Shown piece after piece: positions 34,870 through 43,463 of a stretch of 43,784 nt of DNA; within the stretch, counting starts at the first letter, position 1, and each line of letters starts with the position of its first letter. A program made the translations under genes and the position numbers. The DNA is taken from assembly GCA_043805855.1 (NCBI GenBank), contig JAZDHP010000008.1:1-43784 (forward strand). Direction: 5' to 3'. Source of the DNA: Candidatus Micrarchaeota archaeon. Lineage in GTDB: Archaea > Micrarchaeota > Micrarchaeia > Norongarragalinales > UBA8480. A model generated the notes under the pieces. It had not been told where the DNA came from and searched no databases. It saw only the letters and a program-made list of their open reading frames with translations.

Positions 34870-36346
34870 TTTTAGAAAGTACTGTTTGTTCAAAGTTTTG
34901 CTCGTTAATTAAATGCATTTTGCAGTCAAAGTGGTCAAAGTGGTCGTTTCTCAATGTTCCGTCAACTGCAACCCCGTGCGTTAATTTATCTTTAACCGCG
35001 TTTAACTTTTCAAACACGTTTACAACATAGAAAATGTGTTCAGTTGCGTACACGTTGCGCGGAACAGCCAGGCGCACAAAATCGTTTTTCGCTGGCGTGA
35101 GGATTTTTCCCTCGGTTGTTTTCTCAGCGTACATTAAATTTCCAATTGCAACGCTTCTTATTCCGCCAATAGCGTAGAGCAATAACGCAAGTGTGTCTGA
35201 ACGGTACTCGCCTTCAGGAATATTGCTTAGGTATTTCTTTGCGTCGATGTAAACTGCGCTTCCACCAGCTGGATTTACAAGTGGAACTCCTATTTTTTTC
35301 AAAAGTGAGTGAAGTAGCTGAATTTGACCAACTCGATTTTGCAAATATGGAAATTCGGTTGTTTCGTTTAACCCCTGCGCAATTGCTTCTAAATCACGGC
35401 CAGCCATGCCGCCGTAGGTGAACAAACCTTCGTTGCGAATTACCGACGGCCGACAAGCGAGGTAAATGTTTTCATGTGCCTGAGAGAATAAAATTGCGCC
35501 GCCGATGTTGACTCTTGCATCTTTTTTTGCGCTGAACGTTGCACCGTCGACAAATGAAAACATCTCACGTACAATTTCTTTGATTGTTTTATTTTCATAT
35601 CCTTTTTCGCGGGTTTTTATGAAAAATGCGTTTTCTGCAAAGCGACACGCGTCTAAAAAGAACAAAATTTTATTCGCTTTGCAAAATACTGAAACTTCGC
35701 GGATGTTCGCCATACTTACGGGTTGTCCGCCGCCAGTGTTATTCGTAACTGTCAACAGCACTAGTTTTACTTTGCCGGGATTTTCCTTTGTGAGTTTTTC
35801 TAATCTGGCAACGCTTAAGTTTCCCTTGAACGCTGCGTCGACTTCGTTTCCCTTGTCAAAATCTTCACAGTAGACATTCTCACAGCGAGAAAATTGTGAC
35901 GCCCAGCCAAGCGTAGTGTCAAAAAACGCGTTTGACGCAATGATTGAATCTTTTGTTAACACGTCAAGCGACGCGAGTCCTTCAAACAACGTTCGCTCTG
36001 CAGCTCGGCCCTGGTGGGCAGGTAGAATGTATTGCATTCCGGTTAACGTTTGAAACATCTGTTCGAATTTCTTGTAACTCGACGCACCTGCGTAGGATTC
36101 GTCGCCGAGAAGCAACGCACTCCACTGCTCTTGGCTCATTGCACCTGTTCCCGAATCTGTAAGAAAATCAATTGCAACATCTTGCGACGCTAGGCCAAAC
36201 GTATTGTACTTTGCTTTTTTGAGCAAATCAAGTCTATTTTTTGGAGAAAGTAAACACGCTTTGATTGGCTCGGTCATTTTAATTTTAAAGCAAGGAACCT
36301 GTTCAAAAGAAGTTAAGTCAACGTTCAACGTAAAACACCTACACAC
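34862..36346 (-). CDS. tnaA: Tryptophanase / tyrosine phenol-lyase family beta-eliminating lyase (tryptophanase-like); start uncertain
   Basis: IDFLTDSGT.AMS, GDESYAG, HQGR.AE, FFDTT, TNNTGGGQPVS, D..RF.ENA, SAKKD (PLP lysine), TYGG.AGRD, RLA.PR.VY. Confidence 0.88.
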   Translation of the reverse strand: MCRCFTLNVDLTSFEQVPCFKIKMTEPIKACLLSPKNRLDLLKKAKYNTFGLASQDVAIDFLTDSGTGAMSQEQWSALLLGDESYAGASSYKKFEQMFQTLTGMQYILPAHQGRAAERTLFEGLASLDVLTKDSIIASNAFFDTTLGWASQFSRCENVYCEDFDKGNEVDAAFKGNLSVARLEKLTKENPGKVKLVLLTVTNNTGGGQPVSMANIREVSVFCKANKILFFLDACRFAENAFFIKTREKGYENKTIKEIVREMFSFVDGATFSAKKDARVNIGGAILFSQAHENIYLACRPSVIRNEGLFTYGGMAGRDLEAIAQGLNETTEFPYLQNRVGQIQLLHSLLKKIGVPLVNPAGGSAVYIDAKKYLSNIPEGEYRSDTLALLLYAIGGIRSVAIGNLMYAEKTTEGKILTPAKNDFVRLAVPRNVYATEHIFYVVNVFEKLNAVKDKLTHGVAVDGTLRNDHFDHFDCKMHLINEQNFEQTVLSKIS

Positions 36347-36457
36347 ATTATGGGGGCAACTAGTTTAAAAAAAGATAAACTTGTCAGAAAAACAATTGAT
36401 TGAGCAATAGCGATTAAATACTTTAACGCTTAACTGTAAATTAAGGTGTTGCGCGAA

Positions 36458-37978
36458 ATGAAAAAGATCATTCTGATTATTGTAGTTTTATTGATTGTTT
36501 TTGCCGCGCCGGTTGTGCTGCACTTGTGCCCGCCAGCTGGACCGTGGCCCAATCCACCATGGTGTACTAAAGGAAACATAGGCGCAATTCCGCCAATCAA
36601 TCTTCCTTCTAACTCACAATTAGGCAATGTTTCAAACAATTTGATTAACGAAATTGCAATAGCAACAAACCAACCAATTACTGGCGTTGTTAAAATCATG
36701 GCTCCACTTGGAGCTAGCCGCGTCGTTGCGAAAGCCGGAAATAATAGTTTTGAATTGGCTAAATTTGACGAACTTGAATTTAAGGGAAGTTTAACACTAC
36801 AAAACGGCGCGACATTGTCGCTTTCCGCATTTGACGCTGCAAATAATAGTTTAGGTTCTGGGAGTGCCGTATTTGGAAAAGAAGTTTACAGTTACATTTC
36901 TCCACAGGGAAGCGGTCGCGAGTTGATAAAAGGATATACAATTACCGCTTGTCACTACTGCAGCGTTTCGTTTACCCGCGGAAATTACCTGCCCAAGGTA
37001 GACTCAGCGTACGATTTAATGAAAAGTGAGGGCACAAATTGGATTAACATAAACCCAGTTTGGTTTTTAACCGACTTTAAAGCAAGTGACTTGCGCCCAA
37101 TTTACCGCGAGGAATACGGACAAGATGGATGGAGTGGCTGGATGCATGCGACTATTTCAGACGATGAACTGCGAGAGTTAATTCGCAAAGCACACGCCAA
37201 GGGACTTAAAGTTTTTCTAATGCCGCACTTGTCAACTTTAAACTGGAGTGAAAACGTACCCGGAAAAGGAAGCCTTGCACCTACGGACGTAACTGGATTT
37301 TTTGAAAACTACACTAAATTCCAATTACACTATGCTAAAATTGCACAGGAAGAAGGCGTTGAGCTGTACAGCGTTGGCAATGAACTAGATTCAGTTACCG
37401 ACGACGGCAATCAAATTAACAGCGGGTACAATAAAACCGAAAAGTGGCGAAATATAATCAGCGCAGTGCGCGGTGTGTACAACGGCAAAGTTACTTACTC
37501 TTGTTCTTGTACTCAAGCAGATAACCAGTGTACGCCTGAGCAAATCAAATTCTGGGATGCGCTTGACTACATTGGATTCGAATGGTACGTTCCACTGACG
37601 AGTAGTACAACCACTACAGTGAGTGAATTGACCAACTACGCATCTAGCATTTTATCAAACAAAGTAATACCCTTGTCAAACAAGTACGGAAAGCAAGTTA
37701 TCTTCACAGAGTACGGCTGGGAAGCGAAGCCTTACAGCTGGGCGAAAACCTACGGCGGCGGCGGGCAAGGCAATTTTAATAAGGAACACGCAGCAGTCGC
37801 CTACGAAGCGATGTTCGAAGCTTTGAAAAACACGCCACAAGTAGCTGGAATGTTCATCAACACATGGCCGCTAGGCGACGAAAAAGACATGACCTGGATA
37901 AAAGACTACAACGGCCTCGACACCCGCTACTCAATCCTCGAAGCAGAAATTGCCAAATGGTACAGTTGGTACAAGTAA
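36458..37978 (+). CDS. Membrane-anchored glycoside hydrolase, GH113-like TIM barrel
   Basis: N-terminal TM; GLKV.L.PH, YA.IA, G.EL and F.E.G candidate catalytic motifs, FWD.LD.IG...Y.PL. Confidence 0.75.
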   Translation: MKKIILIIVVLLIVFAAPVVLHLCPPAGPWPNPPWCTKGNIGAIPPINLPSNSQLGNVSNNLINEIAIATNQPITGVVKIMAPLGASRVVAKAGNNSFELAKFDELEFKGSLTLQNGATLSLSAFDAANNSLGSGSAVFGKEVYSYISPQGSGRELIKGYTITACHYCSVSFTRGNYLPKVDSAYDLMKSEGTNWININPVWFLTDFKASDLRPIYREEYGQDGWSGWMHATISDDELRELIRKAHAKGLKVFLMPHLSTLNWSENVPGKGSLAPTDVTGFFENYTKFQLHYAKIAQEEGVELYSVGNELDSVTDDGNQINSGYNKTEKWRNIISAVRGVYNGKVTYSCSCTQADNQCTPEQIKFWDALDYIGFEWYVPLTSSTTTTVSELTNYASSILSNKVIPLSNKYGKQVIFTEYGWEAKPYSWAKTYGGGGQGNFNKEHAAVAYEAMFEALKNTPQVAGMFINTWPLGDEKDMTWIKDYNGLDTRYSILEAEIAKWYSWYK

Positions 37979-37997
37979 AACAAACAAAGGTATTTCA

Positions 37998-38618
37998 ATG
38001 GATGGACTTGCAATTGAATTGGCAACACGCGCTGGCGAACTCTATACTCAACTAGTTTCACTTTTAGGTTTAACCTCGGCTAACGTGCTTGTCCTTGCAA
38101 TTGCAATAGCAATTTACGCAAGTATAGTTGGAACGTTTTACCTACATTTATCCAAAAAAGTTCTTTATGAAGTAAAAACCAACAAACCAAAAGGATTTTT
38201 ACGCGCTTACTTTGACGCATTAATTTTTATCTTAGAATACACGATTTTGTTCCCGCTAATTTCCTTCCTTTGGTTCGTCATTTTATCAATTTTACTATAC
38301 CTACTATCGCAAAAGATGTCGCTCGATACTATTTTCATGCTTTCAATTTCAATAGTTGCTGCAATTCGCATATGCGCATATTACAGCGAACACGTTGCAG
38401 TAGATTTAGCAAAACTACTTCCACTCACTCTGCTCGCGGTTTTACTAGCCGATGCAAGTACACTAACGCAAGTTACAATACAAACAAAAATATTAGAACT
38501 ATTAACAAGTTTGCCACGCTTCGTACCTTACTTGGGAATTGCAATTGCCGTTGAGTGGATTCTACGCTTGGCACTCGGAGTAAAACACTTTTTATTTCCA
38601 GCTAGTCGTAAAGTATAA
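37998..38618 (+). CDS. Hypothetical multi-pass membrane protein
   Basis: About five TM helices; R..AYY.E..A.DLAKLLP...L motif. Confidence 0.75.
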   Translation: MDGLAIELATRAGELYTQLVSLLGLTSANVLVLAIAIAIYASIVGTFYLHLSKKVLYEVKTNKPKGFLRAYFDALIFILEYTILFPLISFLWFVILSILLYLLSQKMSLDTIFMLSISIVAAIRICAYYSEHVAVDLAKLLPLTLLAVLLADASTLTQVTIQTKILELLTSLPRFVPYLGIAIAVEWILRLALGVKHFLFPASRKV

Positions 38619-39584
38619 CCTCGTTGCATTATATGGTTTAGAAATTTCTCCTTCAGCGTAAAGTAAATCTACAAGTTGTTGAACTTGTTCTATTTCTCTT
38701 TCAGATATTTTCATTTTTAATAGAGGCAAAGTTGAAGCAACCGCGATTTTTTCATCGAGGTTAGTGTAACGGCCGTAAATGCGCTTTGCTTCTGTTTCGT
38801 TCCTTGCAATAAATTGTTCTGCAGATTCAAATGCTGCAATTATTTTCTTAACCTTTGCTTGGTTTTTTGATGAAAATTTATTTGAAATTGCCATTATTGC
38901 GCCAACCGGCGCGTATTTCATAACTGCTCCGCGCGTGTGGTTTTGCACAACTCGTCCAATTCCAGTTACAACTGCAGACGCATGGAACGGTTCAGTGCTT
39001 ACAATTGCATCTACACTACGCGAGTCAAGCGCAGCTAGTTGTAAATTATAATTCACTGGAACAAAAGTTACATTTGTCCAGTTGTTTACCTTTGCTATTT
39101 TTCCAGACCACATTTTCCAGTTAGAGCCAGGTGGAATTCCAATCGTGGCTTTAGATAAATCACTTAAAGTAGTAAACGAAGAATTTATCGCGACAACCGT
39201 ATAAGAATAAGGCTGTTCTGGAGTTTCCATAATTAGTCCAATTGCTTTGAACTGTTCTGGCGAGCGAATTTCGCTTGCAATCATTGTTGGAAAACCCGTG
39301 ATGGTTTCAATATCAATATCTCCCGAGAGTAACGCAGCGTGAATTTCATTAGTAGCTGAAAAGTTGTAAACTTCAATTTCAATTCCCTGTTCTGCGAAAT
39401 ATCCTTGATCAAGCGCAACGAAAAAAATAGCAGAAGGAGTTATTCCAGGCACAGTACCAAAACGTACTTTTTCACTCTCAATTGATTTAGGTAAAAACAT
39501 TACCGCGACAATTAAAACTATTACTGCTACCACTAAAGCAAATACAAACAAACTCCGTTTCTCGACCATTTTGTTAAACCACAA
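38592..39584 (-). CDS. ABC transporter substrate-binding protein, NMT1/THI5-SsuA-like
   Basis: N-terminal anchor, FVA...GYF..QGI..E, ALLSGDID, AL....VDA....EP. Confidence 0.85.
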   Translation of the reverse strand: MWFNKMVEKRSLFVFALVVAVIVLIVAVMFLPKSIESEKVRFGTVPGITPSAIFFVALDQGYFAEQGIEIEVYNFSATNEIHAALLSGDIDIETITGFPTMIASEIRSPEQFKAIGLIMETPEQPYSYTVVAINSSFTTLSDLSKATIGIPPGSNWKMWSGKIAKVNNWTNVTFVPVNYNLQLAALDSRSVDAIVSTEPFHASAVVTGIGRVVQNHTRGAVMKYAPVGAIMAISNKFSSKNQAKVKKIIAAFESAEQFIARNETEAKRIYGRYTNLDEKIAVASTLPLLKMKISEREIEQVQQLVDLLYAEGEISKPYNATRLYFTTSWK

Positions 39585-39649
39585 TAACCAAACGGCAGGC
39601 GTTACGCTTTAATAGTTTGTTGTCAATAAAAAACAACAGGTGCATTTAA

Positions 39650-40369
39650 GTGAATCTTGGAGAGAAATTGGAACACCTTGGGCTTAACGCAAACGAAGCT
39701 AGCGTATACTTAGCGATGCTGGAAACTGGCACTTCGCCAGCTGGAAAAATTGCAGTTAAAGCTGGGATTAACCGCACGTTAGTTTACAATGTGTTGAACT
39801 CACTTATCAAAAACGGACTTGCAAGTTATGAAATTAAGAATAACATTCGTTACTTTACCGCTGCTCGGCCTGAGAGAATTTTGTGGTGGATTAACCAGCG
39901 TAAGGAACTTGCAGATAGTCTTGTCGGTGAGTTAAATGCAATTGCTCCAAAAACAATTGATGAAACTTCAGAAATTTTCACCGGTATAGAGGGAGTAAGC
40001 ACTGCAATTGATTTACTGTTTGAAACTGGCGAAGAGTGGTACACGATTGGTTCAACTGGACTTCTCCACGAGATTTCTCCGTTGCTTTTTAACAGCTATA
40101 CTAAAAAGAGAGTGAAGAAGAAACTGTGGCGTTGGATTATAACAACTCGAGATAAGCGGAAGATAATGGAAAAGCAAGAGTATTCACACATCCGTTATCT
40201 TCCAAAGGAATATGTTGGACCGGTTTCAATCACAATTTGTGGTGACATTGTAATGATCTTAACGCCTTACCAGCAACAGCCAACCACTTTTCTCATTAAG
40301 AGTCGAGATGCTTCGCGCGGGTTCATGAACTACTTTAAACTACTGTGGAAAATAGCGAAAAGCGAATAA
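39650..40369 (+). CDS. TrmB-family transcriptional regulator
   Basis: LGL..NEA.VY..ML..G......IA...GINR..VY.VL.SL...GL wHTH; G.EG effector-binding domain. Confidence 0.88.
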   Translation: MNLGEKLEHLGLNANEASVYLAMLETGTSPAGKIAVKAGINRTLVYNVLNSLIKNGLASYEIKNNIRYFTAARPERILWWINQRKELADSLVGELNAIAPKTIDETSEIFTGIEGVSTAIDLLFETGEEWYTIGSTGLLHEISPLLFNSYTKKRVKKKLWRWIITTRDKRKIMEKQEYSHIRYLPKEYVGPVSITICGDIVMILTPYQQQPTTFLIKSRDASRGFMNYFKLLWKIAKSE

Positions 40370-40384
40370 CAAACACACAATTAA

Positions 40385-41218
40385 CTATGCTAACAAATTC
40401 TGTGGCTTCCCATTTCTCCACTTTACTAGATTTTGTACAAACATTTTGTCGCCGATTAGAAAAGATTCTGGATTCTTCCAAGCCATGTGCGGCGTCGTTA
40501 AAGTGTTTTTCAAAATTGTTTTAGAACCTGGGTCAAGATCAATAGCTGCTCCTGCCAGCTTGCCGCTTTCAAGAGCATTTTTCAGCGCCTCGCCGTTAAC
40601 TAGCCCTTCGCGGCTCGGATTTATCAAAAAGGCACCTTGTTTTATCATTTCAAATTCTTTCTTTCCAATGAAACCCCGCGTGCCATCATTTAATTCTAAG
40701 TGAAGCGAAACAACATCACTTTCTTTCAACAATTTTACCAGTGGCACTTGTACCCTTGATTTCTGTTGTCGATCCCAGGCAATTACTTTCATCCCAAGTT
40801 TGTTCGCCTTTTCAGCAACCGCTTGGCCAATTCTCCCCAGCCCAATAACGCCAAGAGTTTTGCCTTTTGGCTGGCAGAGTTTTTGCAACATTGTAATCGT
40901 CCACTCGGCAACCGCAGAAGTACAATAGCCCGGGCAATAACTTATCTCAACGCCGTGCACCTTAGCCGCACTGACGTCAACCCAATCGCAACCAGTTGCA
41001 TAAACTGAAACGAATTTTAGTTTAGGAAGTGAATTGAAAAAATTAGCAGTTAATTGAATGACTCTTTTTGGAGTTGCAAGCACAGCTTCGGCGTCGCGGC
41101 ACTTTTCAATTAAATCCGCTTCACTTTTAACAACCTCATTGTAAAACGTAGCTGGGCCAATTAGTTTCAATTGCCGCTCAGTAAAATCTTCCTTTGCAAG
41201 GAAAACAACTACTTTCAT
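40385..41218 (-). CDS. D-isomer-specific 2-hydroxyacid dehydrogenase
   Basis: AVAE, GKTLGVIGLGRIG, SD.VSLH, LIN.SR, GAA.D, TPH.AW. Confidence 0.92.
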   Translation of the reverse strand: MKVVVFLAKEDFTERQLKLIGPATFYNEVVKSEADLIEKCRDAEAVLATPKRVIQLTANFFNSLPKLKFVSVYATGCDWVDVSAAKVHGVEISYCPGYCTSAVAEWTITMLQKLCQPKGKTLGVIGLGRIGQAVAEKANKLGMKVIAWDRQQKSRVQVPLVKLLKESDVVSLHLELNDGTRGFIGKKEFEMIKQGAFLINPSREGLVNGEALKNALESGKLAGAAIDLDPGSKTILKNTLTTPHMAWKNPESFLIGDKMFVQNLVKWRNGKPQNLLA

Positions 41219-41230
41219 ATTGCAAATTGC

Positions 41231-41677
41231 CTATTTTTTCTTCTTTTTGGAGTTAGCACTTTTGTTTAGAAATGAAGGCAGTACAAAACTAGCTATGCCT
41301 AGTACAAAAATCACCGGCGTAATGAAAATATTATTATCGCCAGTTAACAAATATAAATTTGATACACTTATTTCCTGGAACCACGCAATTGCCAATGGAA
41401 AGAAAGCATACAGCAAACCTGCAAGCACTAAACCGGTACGATTTACACCTGCAACAACGGCCTTCTTGCCAAAAATATAACCGACAACTACAAAAATTGG
41501 AACAAAGGGAACTATCAATACCGACAGCATTATCCCTAGTTTTTCAAAGAAGGGCAACAAATTATACGGATCCGTCATATCAGTTCCACGCGGAATCAAA
41601 AGCATCAGAAGAACGTACAACGCCATCAAAAGTGTAGGAACGCAAGCGTAATGAAACCAAGAATTTTTATCACACAT
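41231..41677 (-). CDS. Hypothetical four-TM membrane protein
   Basis: Hydrophobic segments and basic C-terminus. Confidence 0.65.
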   Translation of the reverse strand: MCDKNSWFHYACVPTLLMALYVLLMLLIPRGTDMTDPYNLLPFFEKLGIMLSVLIVPFVPIFVVVGYIFGKKAVVAGVNRTGLVLAGLLYAFFPLAIAWFQEISVSNLYLLTGDNNIFITPVIFVLGIASFVLPSFLNKSANSKKKKK

Positions 41678-41755
41678 AGATAAAGAAACAGCTAAAGAGT
41701 ATAAAAAGTATTAGGTGTGGCCAAAGAAAACTTAAACTAATATAAAAAAGAAAAA

Positions 41756-42077
41756 TGCAGGAGGAGAGATTTTCACTTAGAGGGAAATTTCTTTTTTCCC
41801 AAGGCTTTTTTCTTTCTAAAAGAAAAAAGGCTTTTGAACTCGAGAAACCAATTTCTTTTCTTCCACTCAAAGGCTTCTTTTCTTTCGCAAAGAAAAGAAG
41901 GGTTTGCTCTCGAACCCCTAAGGGACCAGACCCTGAATCTGGCGCATTTAATCGAAAGCCCTTTTTCTGTAGAAAAATGGCTTTCAGCCCGAAAAAGACA
42001 CTTACGTTCTTTTGGGATTGAAAGACCTTTTCTTTCCAAGAAAAGGGCTTTCCTTGACCAGGCTTTGCTACCCCTGC
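41756..42077 (-). tRNA. tRNA-Leu(CAG) with three introns: 21/22 (41948-42053, 106 nt), 53/54 (41839-41906, 68 nt), 59/60 (41770-41832, 63 nt)
   Basis: Acceptor GCAGGGG/CTCCTGC-A; anticodon arm CCAGA TTCAGGG TCTGG; BHB helices GGTC/GATT, CGAG/CTCG and TTCA/TGAA. Confidence 0.92.
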
Positions 42078-42162
42078 ATGATTAATTTATACTAACAAAG
42101 GTAATTGAAGCTTTTCTTTTGCAGTTATTGTAATTAAATACTTTCCCAGCTTATTTTCTTTC

Positions 42163-43227
42163 ATGAAGTTGCGTCCGCCGAAGATATTGAAACTTAACCC
42201 ACGTAAAACGAGGAAACACGAGCGAGAGGTTATGCGCGATGTAGCTGTTGCGCGGCGCTATGTTGAAAGAGCCGGCGGTGAAGAAGCGGTTCAAAGGCAA
42301 ATGGAAGAAACTGCAAGGCAGTTTGGCGGAAGTTATGGTTTGCCGAGGTTTGCTGCGAAAACTCCAGTTGATAGAAAAGAGTATTTTGAAACTGAAGTAA
42401 AGATGCGCGGTATGGTTCCAGTTGGAAAAGCTTATCAAACTAGAGACGGCGTTTTTCTAATGCCTGGCGGTTTGGCAAAGGCAATTGTTCCAATTCCAAA
42501 ACCGTTTCGCAAAGCGTTTAGAATCGCACCGCACTCTACTTCAACTTTTGCACGCGCTGGGATAAACCTCGGCGATAGTCAAAGCACTTTTCAGCGGCAG
42601 TTATCGCGGCGGGTTTTGCCTGCTACGATGGAAGTTTTCATTCACAACATGGCGTCGATTCCAGTTAGGATGCGAAACGGCGACCCGTGTCGTTTGTTGA
42701 ACATTGATGAAATACGCAGCAAGCGCGGAGATCCAAAATTAATCAAAACTTCACCACGTACAACCGCAACAGAAACTTCGCTTGTTAATTTACACGTTGG
42801 CGATGAGGTTGTTGAAGTTAACCACGATGCGCTACCTTTAGTAAAAATTGGAGACCAACACATTCGCTATATTGACCCAAGAGCGCGTAACTTTGCTTCG
42901 CAGTTTACAACGCGGGCGTTTAACAAACTGCTAATAAAAGCCGGTCAATTTTTCGTCATTTCAACTAGAGAACACATGGCGATTCCCATAAATCACGTCG
43001 GTTGGGTTCAGTCAAGTAGAGATAATCTAATGCACAGCACGGCAAAACTAGCGCACGGCGGTTGGGAGGGAAAAATGGCGCTGGAATTCCTCGCATTGCG
43101 AGATCATACTTTGAAACCCGGCGATAAAGTAGCTTGGCTAACTGTCCACCCTACTGCAAACAGCAAGGGAGTTTATACTGGTCGCTATCAGAGACAAGAA
43201 AGCGCTGCGCCAAAGAGCGAAAAATAG
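42163..43227 (+). CDS. Divergent dCTP deaminase/dUTPase-fold protein, probably two tandem domains
   Basis: STFARAGI in the first half; F..ISTRE...IP....G.V, H.G.EG...LE, L.PG..VA.L, Y.GRYQ.Q in the second half. Confidence 0.65.
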   Translation: MKLRPPKILKLNPRKTRKHEREVMRDVAVARRYVERAGGEEAVQRQMEETARQFGGSYGLPRFAAKTPVDRKEYFETEVKMRGMVPVGKAYQTRDGVFLMPGGLAKAIVPIPKPFRKAFRIAPHSTSTFARAGINLGDSQSTFQRQLSRRVLPATMEVFIHNMASIPVRMRNGDPCRLLNIDEIRSKRGDPKLIKTSPRTTATETSLVNLHVGDEVVEVNHDALPLVKIGDQHIRYIDPRARNFASQFTTRAFNKLLIKAGQFFVISTREHMAIPINHVGWVQSSRDNLMHSTAKLAHGGWEGKMALEFLALRDHTLKPGDKVAWLTVHPTANSKGVYTGRYQRQESAAPKSEK

Positions 43228-43279
43228 CTGACGCTATTAATAATAAAATAAAAAAAGCAAAAAAAGAAACTATAGCTTC

Positions 43280-43438
43280 TTATTTGCCTTTTGCTTCTTT
43301 CTTCCTTGCGCGCTTCGGGCGTAGGTTTGGGTACATGCACTTGCGGCATCGTACTGCGCTTTTTGGATTGCGCGTTTTGCACTTCTTGCAAATCAAGACG
43401 CCTAAGATATATCGTTCTGCAATTGGAAATTTAGCCAT
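43280..43438 (-). CDS. rpl40e: 50S ribosomal protein L40e (not in ORF track)
   Basis: Manual translation MAKFPIAERYILGVLICKKCKTRNPKSAVRCRKCMYPNLRPKRARKKEAKGK. Confidence 0.95.
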   Translation of the reverse strand: MAKFPIAERYILGVLICKKCKTRNPKSAVRCRKCMYPNLRPKRARKKEAKGK

Positions 43439-43463
43439 TGAATTATAACCACGGATTAACTTA

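Noticed and set aside
1..42077. Interpretation as split/trans-spliced tRNAs or pseudogenes
   Set aside because: Exons are colinear on one strand, stems are intact, junctions form BHB-like motifs, and the Ser, Leu(GAG) and Pro genes occupy their usual operon positions.
41670..42085. Four short F/K-rich ORFs that might suggest intron-encoded proteins
   Set aside because: They are translations of palindromic tRNA-Leu(CAG) introns; no homing-endonuclease motif and the introns are too short.
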